DNA of 64,000 nt from Camelus dromedarius (lineage: Eukaryota). The notes beneath the pieces are model-generated. The model did no database searches, was not told where the DNA came from, and worked only from the letters and a program-made list of their open reading frames with translations. The stretch is taken from positions 122,700,001 to 122,764,000 of the forward strand of contig NC_087436.1 of the NCBI RefSeq assembly GCF_036321535.1, in the 5' to 3' direction. Shown in pieces: positions 24,280 through 64,000 of the stretch; positions within the stretch are counted from its first letter, which is position 1; the number at the start of each line of letters is the position of its first letter. The translations under genes and the position numbers were made by a program.

Positions 24280-25700
24280 GAGCTCTGGAGGGCCACGCCA
24301 CACAGGCGCGGCAGGCTCCGCGAGGCCAAGGGAAGAGGCTGTCCAAGTGACACCAAGCTCGCTTTCCCAGGACGGCCGCACCTTCCCCGCCGGCACTACT
24401 GCTCGACACAGGCCACGAGGCGGCCTCCGGACCGCAGGGCGAGATGCTGCGACTGGACCTGCGCACGGAGAGCCTCCTAGAGGCAGGTGCGGTGGCGGGA
24501 AGGAGGGGCCGCGCCGCTCGGCGCCAACCGAGCCGGGGGCGGCGAGGACGCCGGGCCGGCTGCAGAGCTCGGCTTCACCGGGTGGAAGGAGGAGCTGGGC
24601 CAGTGCGCACAGGCGTGCTCGTTGACCGCAACGTTCACCGCCGACGCCGGCTCAGCACACGATCGGCAACTGGAGCGCTCCCGCCGCCCTCGCCGCCCAC
24701 GGACCCGTCAGGGTCGACTCGGCCCGCGTCCCTGAGACCGGGGCGCGGCCGGCCCCGCGGGACGGAGGAGGGGCGCCCTGGGAGAGGGGAGAGGGGGCGT
24801 CCCGGGGGAAGGACGAAGGGGGCGCCCTGGAGAGAGCGCTCGCCTCCGACCCCGCCTCTCCGGCCCCGCAACGCGACCACCGCCCGGCGGCGCGGCCACC
24901 TCGGCACCTACCGGCGACCCGGCCGCTCGCCTCCGCCTCGCCCCGCCCTTCCGGCGAAGGGCCCGCCGCCGTCACGTGCCCCCAGATCCCTACGGTCATT
25001 GGCTCGCTCTGGCCCGGGCGACGCGGCCACTTAAACCTCGGCCTGCCCCTTCCGTAGGAGTCCCCGCCCACCTCCTATCACGTGCCCCTCGAGCTCCTCC
25101 ACCAGTGGCTGGCCCTGACCCGGAGGCGCGGACGCGGGGTCGAGGCCGAGGTCTGCGCGGTGACGCAAGGCGCGCTCCCGGCGCGGGCGGGGCAGTCGGG
25201 GAGGGCGACGCGCGAGAAAAAGGAGGCGGGCGGGCGCAGCAAGTCCTTAAAGGAGCCGCGGGCGCGGGTGACGGGGCGGGGCCGGCCCGAGGGGTGCGCG
25301 CTTCGCCTTTGTGGCGCGGCCGCGTTGGTGAGGGGCAGGTTTGCGTTCCCAGCGCCCGGCCCCTGCGACTGGACTCCTGGGTGGGCGCCTCTGCGCGTTT
25401 CTCCGGGGACGCCGGAAACCTGGGCCCACGCGCCGCCTGGAGGACGGGATCGGGCGGGGGGTCTCGGCAGGTGCCCCCGGCGCTTCTCGAAGGGTTGCTC
25501 CCCCGCTGTCGGCTCGAGCGTCACCTGCGCGGTCCACTTCCCAGGTCTGACGTCAGCGCAGGGACCCTCCCCTGGCTCACCTCCCGCCTGCCTGTGGCCA
25601 GCGTCCCGGAGGCGGGACACGGGCTGGGCGTCTGCTCCTCGCACAGCCAGGGCCCCCAGGTGGCACCCACGGTCCAGCCGCCTGGACGCGTGCACCAAGT
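24280..25700 (-). promoter_or_regulatory. UVSSA CpG-island promoter and probable non-coding exon 1
   Basis: Dense CpG; candidate donor CGG|GTAGGT at 24911; E-boxes GTCACGTG 24971-24978 and TCACGTG 25078-25084; CCAAT (ATTGG 24998-25002); GC boxes; CRE TGACGTCA 25548-25555. Confidence 0.85.
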
Positions 25701-26169
25701 GTTCCCCGGCACATGAACTTCCTTCAGGCAGACCCACTGGCAGCCGGGCCGTCATGAAATATTTACCCCTCACCGCCCCTTGGGGCTCTGCCCGCCACCT
25801 CCCCGGCTCAGAGCACCTGCCCCAACACAGCCCCAGGGGCCTCACAGCCACGCAGCCCGGCTAGCCCTCCTCTCACGTCCTGCTCAGTGCTGCAGCTTCG
25901 GGGTCTTGACACAGGCTGGGTGCCCCAACCCAGCTTGTGCCCTCACCCCTCCTCCTCCAGCCCTTGCCCCTGCCCTCCCCCAGGAAGGTCTGGCTTGACC
26001 CAGCGAGGAGGCCAGGGAGCATTAGTGTACACGGGGCAGCACCAGCAGGTGTCAGGGGGCAGGCTGGATGTTCTCTTAGGGCCTGGGGTAGGGGCAGAGA
26101 GGGGTGAGGGCACCAAAGACAGGCCCACCCCAAAGTGTGGACGCCGTGGCCGTAGAGGCACTGCTGAGT

Positions 26170-26530
26170 GGAAACAGCTCAGTGTCCATCAGCAGACAAT
26201 GGTGAACAAACGCGACTGTCTGCAGCCTTAAAACGGACGTGGATGGACTTCAGAAACACGACCCTAAGTGAGAGAAGGTGGTCAAAAAGGCCAAGTGTTG
26301 TGATTCCACATACACAAAACGTCTGGAAAAGTCAACTCCAAAGCAGACTTGTGGTTGCCAGGGGCAGAGAGGGAAGGGATGGGGCTGCTGATGGCACAGG
26401 AATTCTGTCGGGGTGACAGCGTGAGCTGGAATTAGACAGAGCTGTGCAACCTCATCACCAGGCTGGAACATTGAGTTGTGCGTTCTGAAGGGTGGCTCTT
26501 GTGGCATGTGGATTAGATCTGTGAGTAGCT
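26170..26530 (+). mobile_element. LINE-1 3' UTR remnant (L1MB/L1ME-like)
   Basis: AGTGTCCATCAGCAGA...GGATGGACTTCAGAAAC..CTAAGTGAGAGAAG...GTGGTTGCCAGGGGC. Confidence 0.65.
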
Positions 26531-26849
26531 CTTCAGAAAGAGGGAAGCCACATGGACCCAGGCCGCCAGCCCTCCCTGTGAGCCCGGCTCCAGGCACCCA
26601 TCAGCAGTTCCCCTTTCTTGTGTAATTCCCCCTACAGTGTAATTACATTTCCCATCAGCTCAACAGCGCTGCTTCTGTCCTAACAAAACCTTTTTTATCC
26701 AACTTCCCTCCCCAGCCCATTGCCCCAGAATTCCTAGAGAGCTGTCCGTTCCCTTGTTCCCTCCTGCACTGCCCAAGTTGCCTGTGGGGCTTGCGTGGTC
26801 CAGGCCAGCCTCCTGTCCCGCACTGCCTGAGCGACGTGCCCCTGCCCTC

Positions 26850-27540
26850 ACGTCTCAGCTGATGGACAGACGTCTATCCATTCACTCGGGCCAATGATCT
26901 TGGAGTCCCCCGGAACCCCTCTTCCTCTTACCCCATGTCCAGTCCACTCAGGAATCTGAGTCCTTCCCGTCACCCCACTGCCACCACCAGGTCGCTGCTG
27001 CCACCCCATAAGTGGGTCACCGCTGTCACTCCCCTTTCCCCACTCTTGCACTTGGACCCCAAGAGGCCATGCACCTTGCAGCGGCCAGAGGGACCTTCTA
27101 AAGAAGGTCAGACCATGTGATCCCTTCACCCCACACCAACCCCATAACAAAAACTTCTATCAGTCCCCAGGGCCCTCCTATCTGTGCTGGCCGCCCACCT
27201 CCTCTGCGCCTGCTCCCCACTGGCCACTCCAGCCACTCTGGTCTCCAGGAGCCACCCCCTCCGATGGAAGGCTGCTTACCCCACCCCAGCACTTTCTCCC
27301 CAGCCTTTCGCCTCTGTTGCTATGACTGCCCCCCACCTTCTAAACCTCCTCCACTTTGTCCTGCAGCTTAACCCTCTGTCACACAGGCTCACCATCTCGT
27401 TATTAGTGTGTTGGGTTTTCTTTCCTCCTCTGCCCCCAGGACGTAGGCTCTGGTGAGAACAGAGATCTTTTTTGTTTCAGGATGTCAGGCACACAGTAGG
27501 TGTTCAACACTTGTGGAATGCTGAATAAGTAAATAAAACT
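26850..27540 (+). mobile_element. LINE-2 remnant with 3' end
   Basis: GGCACACAGTAGGTGTTCAACACTTGTGGAATG..AATAAGTAAAT matches an L2 3' terminus; upstream pyrimidine-rich L2-like body. Confidence 0.65.
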
Positions 27541-27549
27541 GGCCAAGAG

Positions 27550-29760
27550 AATTGTTGTGAGAATGAAAAGGCTGTAAAAGAACCAACTGGGATTTTCAGG
27601 ATAACAAACCCCAAACAGCAGGAACACAAAGAAAACCACCCAAGGCACTTCCTTCTCAAATTGTGGCAAAAACCAGTGGCAGAGCCTCAAAAGCAGCTGG
27701 AAAGAAAAAGACCTGGATAAGAGAACAGTAGAATTCTTGGCCAAAACAGCACAAGCTTGAAGACAACGGAACAAGGTCCTCACAGCAGTGACAGGAAGCA
27801 CAGTGTCCGTACGGAGTGAACCATCCTTTCACAACCAAACTGAGGGAAAATAAAAGACATTTCTTTTGTGAAACAAGCGTAGACCCACAAAAGGAACAGA
27901 GAGTTCTGTAAATGGGAAACGTGTAAATACACGATTTATTTTATTTTAAATGTCTTCTATAAGTCATCGTTTAAAGGACACATAATAACCACTTATGGTG
28001 GGGTATGTACTGTCTGCAGAAGAAAAATAATATGACTGCAGTAGCACAAAGGACGGGGAGAAATGGCGGCACATGTTCTCATTTTTACATGAAGTGCTAT
28101 CGTGTAATTTGAAGGTACTAGGGACAAGTTAAAGATGTACTCGGGCCCCCTGGAGCCACCACAAAGAGGTATAGCTAAAAAGTCAACAAAGATAAAAGGG
28201 AATCATGTAAAAATAGTCCAAAAGGAGGCAGGGAAAGAGAGAAAAAGGAACAAAGGACAGATTGGAAAATAGAAAACAGCAAGCATAGCCTTCAATCCAC
28301 CAGCAACAATAATTACATTAAATGTCAAGAGTCTGGAGGCCTGATTAAAAGGCGGTGAGTGTACAATTGATTAAAAAGACCCAACTGTATGGTGACTACA
28401 AGGAACACACTTTAAATCAAAAGACCAAGGAACACAGGGCGCGAACACTAAACACGGGAGCAAGAGTGGCCGGATTCACACCAAAGTAGACTTGGTAACA
28501 AGGAGGATTACGGGGGCAGGGGATGGGGGTCATGTCATGATGAAAACGGGGTCACTCCCTGGAGAAAATGCACATCCTAAGTGTGCTTCACCTGATGACA
28601 CGGACTCAAAACACAAGAAGCAAACCTGACAACTCAGAGGGACAGAGAGTCACAACTTGCACAACTTGCCAGTTTCGAGCCTCTTTGAGAGGGACAGGTC
28701 ACGCAGTGAGAAAGCCAGGAGGACACGAAACTCCATCCAGCAGCCTGACCCTGACAGCCACGAGACACCTCTTTGTAAGTGCACGTTCACTGATGTGGAC
28801 GTGAAACGAGTCTCCATAGATTTAAAAGGATTGAAACTTTACAGAGTGTATTTCCTAGCAACAGAATTAAACCAGAATTTGACAACAAAAATGCTTGGAA
28901 AAATCTCCCAATATTTGGAAGTTAGCCAGCAGACACCTAGATAATCCCGGGTCAAGGGAAAAAACACAAGGGAAACTACAAAATAGCTTGAACTGCATGA
29001 AAATGAAAACAGCGTTAAAATGTACAGAACGTGTATGTTAGAAATGAAGAGACCCAAATCAGTAATGTAACCTTCTCTGTGAGAAGGAGAAGAGCAACTG
29101 AACCCAAAGTAGGCGGAAGGGAGGACGTAATAAAGAGCAGAAACCAATCAAACAGAAACAGTCGAACAGCAAGGGAAAAAATTAAACCAAAAGGTGCTTC
29201 TTTGGAATGGCCTATAAAATTGATAGGAAACGTGACCGACAGAGAGGTGACTCTAGCTAGACTGAGCAGGAGAAAACTAAGAAGAAACAAGTGACTGACA
29301 CAGGAGTGGGAGGGAGCATCACTGCGTGTCCTACAGACGTCACACGGTGATAGAGGCCACAGTGGCCGATTCGCTCAGCGAAGTACCAGCAGGTCAAACC
29401 CCGCAATATGGAAAAACAGAACACACAAGGTGGGATTTATCTCAGGAATGCAAGGCTTGTTGAACAATTCAGAATTATAAAATGTAATTCTCCACTTCAA
29501 CAGAATAAAGACGAAAAACATCTGGTACTTTCATTAGCCGAAGAAAGAACATTTGACAAAGTTCAACATCAATTCATGATAATGACTCTTGGGAGACTTC
29601 CTCAACCTGATAAAAGAACATGTACAAAAGCCCACAGCCAACATCCCCCTTCACAGTGAAAGACGGCGCTCTCAACCCACCCAAGGTCAGAAATAAGACG
29701 AGCCCGTCCACCCTCAGCCTCCTACTTAACACAGCGCTGGAGGGCCAGGTCATCTCTAGA
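27550..29760 (+). mobile_element. Old LINE-1 (L1M) fragment spanning inter-ORF, endonuclease and RT regions
   Basis: A-rich + strand; AATAATTACATTAAATGTCAA..., CTCAGGAATGCAAGGCTTGTT, GAAAGAACATTTGACAAAGTTCAACATC. Confidence 0.8.
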
Positions 29761-29792
29761 ATGCTCTGTAGTGTCCAGAAGTTCAGGTATAT

Positions 29793-29850
29793 TTAATAAA
29801 TAAATAAGTAAACCTAATTATGCACCCTCCCCCAAAAAAGGGAAAAAGAG
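29793..29850 (+). mobile_element. 3' tail-only fragment of the same tRNA-SINE family as 56328-56474
   Basis: AATAAATAAATAAGTAAACCTAATTA..CTCCCCAAAAAA resembles the tail of the 56.4 kb SINE. Confidence 0.55.
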
Positions 29851-31762
29851 ATAATCTAGTAAAAAAACGGGCGAAAGACTCACCATTCTGCAAACCAGAG
29901 GGACCTTGGGATCACAGGTGGTCAAAGAAATGCAGACCCAGCCTGGAAAACCCACAGCACTCAGAGAAGGGTGCTGGCGGGCGGCCGGGGGGGGTGGGGT
30001 GGAGGGAGCAAGAGGGTGGGACACTCAGGGGAGACGGGCAGCTGCAGAGTCAGACACGGCAACACCAGGATGCAGCGCCCGTCCCAGACCCCTGCCCGGA
30101 GAAAGGAAGGCGCGTCCAGAGATATGGGCGCCACTCTCATGGGCACCAATCCTGGTCCCTCATGGGGTCGGTGGACAAGGAGCCCCAGCCCACAGCAACC
30201 ACAGGCGCTCCTGGGGGAGACAAGCCAGGATGGAGAGCTCACCTGAGCCGATGAGACCCAGAGGGACAGCTGAGCACCGGGTGAGCCGTATGCCTGGGCT
30301 GCTCGCTAGCCCAGGCGCTTGTCAGAGCTCACGCGGCTGTTGACTCAGAGTTTTATCAACATAGGCCGTTTTTACCCCAATTAAACAAGCCCACGGTGAG
30401 CTGGTGCCCACAGCCGACAGAATGTCTGACTCGAAGCCCAGGCATGGGGCCTGGGGAGGTGGGCGGTGGTGTGAGGTGGACCACGGCAGCCATTTGTCTA
30501 GTAAAAGTGACACACAACCAGCAACTCCATGTCGTCCCACGAAACGCATGTGTCCCACATACAAGAGTGATTGTGGCAGGTTTACCTGGAAACAACCCAA
30601 GAGTCCACCAGCTTGCAGAAGGGAAGTCACCGCTCAAGGCATCCAGGGGAAGGGGGAACTGCCCAGGGAGCCAGCTCTGGGGTTCCGTTTTCACCAAGTC
30701 TGAGAACTGGCTGAGCCACTCTCACCAAAAACCACCGTTGCCAGAACGCTGACTTGGATGATGGGAGCATGGCCAGCAGAGACCCCTGTCACTCCCCTCC
30801 AGGGTGCAGGCAGCTCTGAAGAGCCCATCACCCTGAGGACAGCTCTACCCACTGTGCCCCACAGGGCCACGAGCCCACATGTGTGCCGGGGCCAACTGGC
30901 AGTAGGTGGCAACTGTGCACGGAGGTCAGATGGCCCTGCCATCCTTGGTCCCCCAAGCAGAGCACAGCAATGGCCTAGAGGCTGTGGTCTCCTGGGGACG
31001 TGGACCCAGGGCCCAGGGGTCAGTGTGGGCACCTGGTGGGAGCAGAGAGCTGGGACCCAGGCAGGGAGTCACAGCCGCCAGCTTGCAGGGAGACACCTGG
31101 GCAGGCCAAGAGCCAGGGAAGCTTGGTTGTGGGGCCAGGAAGGCGGCAGAGGAACCCAGAAAGCTCGGCTGACCTGAGGCGAGGGAGTGGTTAGCGAGGG
31201 GTCCCAGAGCCCACCTGCAGTCTTAGCAGGAATCATTTGCAGGAGCAGGAACAGAGATTAACAGCACAGAGTGCCAGTCTGGGCACTGGGGAAGCCGGGC
31301 AGATGCCCCGCCCAGCAGGTGTGCCCAGTGTTGACCAGGCCGGGGGGCCTCCAGCTGCTGCTGAGCCCCCTCTGACCACGGTAACAGAAGCTGTGCAAAT
31401 TAAGAAGAAATCGCCAAAGGGAAACTGGACAGCTTCTGGACTGCTGGGGGCCAAGGCAGTAGGTGGGGGAGTCCCTTCCATAGAGCAGAGCCTGCAGGGC
31501 AGAGGGGCCCACACAGCTCCTCCTCCCGGCCCACGCACCTGCTCTGCTGCAGAGGGCCCCTGGTTACCAGGCACTGCTTGGGGGGGCACCTGCGAGGCCG
31601 AAGGGGTCCTGGGGTTTGCTCTGGGACAGAGCTCACGGCAAACTCGGGCCTCCATCCTGGACTGAAGGCCGAGCAGCAGACACGACCCTCAGCAATGCTG
31701 AGCCGCTGGTGCCTCACACAGAACGAGTAGAAACCCTTTATCGGCCTGTCTTACGTTTATCG

Positions 31763-31768
31763 TTTATT
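31763..31768 (-). terminator. MAEA polyadenylation signal AATAAA (3' UTR about 0.77 kb)
   Basis: TTTATT on + strand at the end of an AT-rich segment downstream of the stop codon. Confidence 0.75.
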
Positions 31769-32524
31769 AGCTAATCAACATCAACATGCAAAAATAAGCG
31801 CTGAGTACAAACCTCTACGCACGGGCTTGTATAAACTACAATGGTTCATCTGATTTGAAAAGTCGTCGGTGGTTATTTCAACTGCACTATTGTTTCTGTA
31901 ATGAAGAGAATTTAGAGCTAAAGTTATGGAACCATCAGCAAGGCCTCTGCAGACACTGGGTCCAGTGGATTTCCACGTGATACATTCTCAGGCGGAGGTA
32001 AGGCGGCAGGAGTGACGTGATACTGGACCTATGCATCCTAACAGCCCCACAGCCGCGGCCAAGGGCAGACGGCCACCTGGAAGCCAGCCCCGCCCAGGCC
32101 ACGGGCTGGCGTTTGGCAGCAGCTCTACAGAGAAGTGACGGGGCCCTTCGTGGCACTGAGTCGCCACAGGTCAGTCTGGCGTGGCTGCCACGGCTTTGGG
32201 GCCACAGCCGAGGACCAGCCTGTTCCCCTAGGTTCATCATCAGCAAGAGGGAGGGAAGTGTGGGCGCACGGGAGGTAACAGAGTCCTATCTGAAATGTCC
32301 TAGTGCCCCTCTGCTGAGTCAGTCTTTAAAGAAAAGTTTCTCTGAAAGGTGAAAGCACGCTTCAGAAGTGTCAGACAGCTGACTTGTTACAAAATCAAGC
32401 CAGAGCTCGTTAAATCTTCCTCCCTCTTTTCCCGAGAGTGTGTGTCGTTGCTCACTGATCTTTGGTCGCAAGAAACAGAGACGCAGGCAGGAGGGCCTGC
32501 GGCTGCCGGGCGACGCGCCGCCGC

Positions 32525-59628
<27,104 letters not shown>

Positions 59629-60390
59629 CTTGGATCGGCCAAAACATTAGCGGGCGGAGGGGAAGCGCGGCGCGCGGCACGCCGGGTAGTGACGTCACGG
59701 GGCGGGGCGGGCCGACGCGTCTGCACCAATCGCGTCCGCCCCCCGTCCTGTGGCAGCGGAAGAAGGCGCGGCCGTGGCGCGGGCGCCGAGAGGCGTCCGC
59801 CCCACCCAATCACCGCCGGTCTGTCTCTCTTTCGTCCAATCAGCGGGAAGCCCGGCTGGGCGGGGTCCCTCCTTGAACTCGAGGCGGGGCGAGACGGCTG
59901 CTTCGCCAGGTTATCTCCCTTGGCTCCACGCAGCTGGGTCTGCTCTCCGGCCGCCCAGGACACCTTCGGGCATGGGGGCCGGGGACCCGCGAGGGGCGCG
60001 GCTGGGGAGGTGACTGGGCTCTCGTGGGTGGCCCCTCGGGGCGGTGAGCCCCCCATGACCCTTCGTGGTAGTCGTGGCCATAATGTCCGCAGGCCACCGG
60101 GGCATGTCAGCTTTCCACCGACTGCCTTTCCGCAGAGGGACGGCTGCTGGATTGGGACGCAGAGCCCCGTTCCCGTTGGTCAGGAGAGGTGGAGTGTCCG
60201 GACTCGCCCCCGGACTCCCCCGCGCCCGACACGCGGCCCGGCATCCACACGGACTCTAGTTTCCTTTCAAGTACTTCGCATTCATATTCCCTTTTATTCT
60301 TTTTTAAAATAGATGAAAGTAGGTTTCATTAGTTAGGAGAAGACTTTTAAATTACGCCACATTTCACACTCATTTCTGAAACGACTTTAA

Positions 60391-60428
60391 ATATATGTAT
60401 GTTTATATACATATATATATGTATATAA
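60391..60428. repeat. Imperfect (AT)n microsatellite
   Basis: atatatgtatgtttatatacatatatatatgtatata. Confidence 0.8.
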
Positions 60429-60679
60429 AGTTTAATGTGAAAAACAGCTAAGGCGACACAAGAAAGCCACTGCGTCCGAGTGGGGCTGCCAGGACCTCAC
60501 CCTCCTGCGGCCCCATGCCCTGCAGCATTCTAGCAAAATCCCAGTGGTAACAGAACCATGCTCAGACGAGACAAGCTTGCTGTCCCGGATGAAACCAAGC
60601 TCCGGAACTGCTCACACGACGTGAGTGAATTCATCAAAGCAATTAGAGGGCATGTACAGCTCGACACCAACCGCACCTC

Positions 60680-62668
<1,989 letters not shown>

Positions 62669-63069
62669 TAAGTCTGGAAAAATGCATCTGTTCTGGAATT
62701 TTTTTAAGTCCTTACCAAGGTGAAAATGGGTAGTTACCAACTGAAATTGATCAGTTCATCCAATCACAGATCATCAGAACAGCAGTGTTCTGCCTAGAAG
62801 TTTTAGGAAATTGTTTTTGTACTTTAAGCAGAAAAACTCTTCACTTCGAGTTTGAAATGAGCATATGCAGCTTTGGAAAACTATTATTATTTAACCTAGG
62901 TGGCCTTATTTGCAAATTTCAGAAGTTTGAAAATAAAGTACTTTGCATTCTAAATTGCCAATAGAATAGACCCTCAAGTTATTTCAATGCTCTTTCCCCA
63001 ATGGGAACTTGCAACTGAGCATTCGGAGAGACATTCAGTCTCCTCTCTAGGCTCACAGAACTAGCCAAC

Positions 63070-64000
63070 TTTTTTTTGAGATATATTTGGCCTGCAACAT
63101 TTTGTGTAAGTTTAAGGTGTTCTGAGTATTGGTTTGATGCATTTGTATTGCAACATGGTTGCTGTTGTAGCATTAGCTAACACCACTATTGACCAGGTAA
63201 TTATCAATTCTTCCAGTGTTGGGAACAATTAAGATCTAGTCACTTAGCAAGTTTAATGTTTATAAGGCAGATTTATTGTCTGTAGTCGCTGAACTGTGTC
63301 TTAGGTCTCTGGGACTTATTCACCTACTATTTCCAGTGTGTTCCCTTAAAGAGCACCTCTCCATTCCCCTATCCTACAGCCCCAGGCAACTACCATTTTA
63401 CTCTCTGCATTTATGATTTTGTTTTTGTTTTTAGATTCCACGTAAAAGAGGTATCATACAGTATTTGTTTTTCTCTGGCTGACATCTCACTTAGCATAAT
63501 GCCTTCAAGGTCCATCCACATTGTTGCAAATGGCAGAATTTCCATTTCTGTCTCATGGCTGAACAGTATTCCATTGCATATACATACCAAATCTTTATCC
63601 ATTCATTCAGTGATGGGCACTTAGGTTGCTTCCACACCTTGGCTATTGTGAATAATGCTGCAGTGAATGTGGGAGTGCATACATCCCCTTGGTAACCTGT
63701 TTCCATTTCCTTTGGATATATACCCACAGTGGGATTGCTGGATCTTATGGTAGTTCTATTTCTAAATTATTGAGGACCTTCCATAATGTTCTTCACAGTG
63801 GCTGAACCAGTTTACATCCCACCAAGAGCGTACAAGTATTCCCTTTTCTCCACATCCTCACCAACACTTGTCATCTTTGTCTTTTCAGTAATTGCCATTC
63901 TAACAGGTGTGAGGTGATAGCTGATCGTGCTTTTGATTTGTGTTTCCACGATCACTTGTGATGCTGGGCATCTCTTCATGTATCTGTTGATCATTTGGAT
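63070..64000 (-). mobile_element. LINE-1 (L1MA-type) 3' end: ORF2 C-terminus and 3' UTR
   Basis: Broken translations YHLTPVRMA, GIYPKE..CTPTFTAALFTIAKVWKQPKCPS, PFATMWMDLEGIMLSE are classic L1 ORF2 C-terminal motifs. Confidence 0.92.

Noticed and set aside
24444..25864. 200-260 aa ORFs on both strands in the UVSSA CpG island
   Set aside because: Stop-codon scarcity in very GC-rich DNA; no protein-like features.

Overview
Mammalian (GC-rich, intron-containing) genomic DNA, probably camelid judging from its tRNA-derived SINEs. It holds two complete multi-exon genes in tandem on the minus strand. MAEA (CTLH/GID E3 ligase subunit) has 9 coding exons, 59628->32525, 1191 nt = 396 aa. UVSSA (transcription-coupled NER factor) has 13 coding exons, 24039->2039, 2064 nt = 687 aa. 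All splice sites were read as GT-AG with consistent phases, and each gene has a CpG-island promoter. Most of the supplied six-frame ORFs are GC-rich noise. Notable non-obvious structure: (1) a U12-type minor intron just before the MAEA RING exon; (2) five AT-rich blocks dense in homeodomain/PBX/MEIS/SOX motifs, plus an orphan CpG island, inside UVSSA introns, consistent with enhancers for the NKX1-1 gene that neighbours UVSSA in human; (3) an exact telomeric G4 21-mer in that island; (4) an internally deleted ERV (PBS-Leu, gag remnant, PPT, LTR) pointing at the MAEA promoter, with a G-rich minisatellite inside it. I found no evidence for a wholly new protein-coding system. Repeat family names are from recall and need a RepeatMasker/Dfam check.
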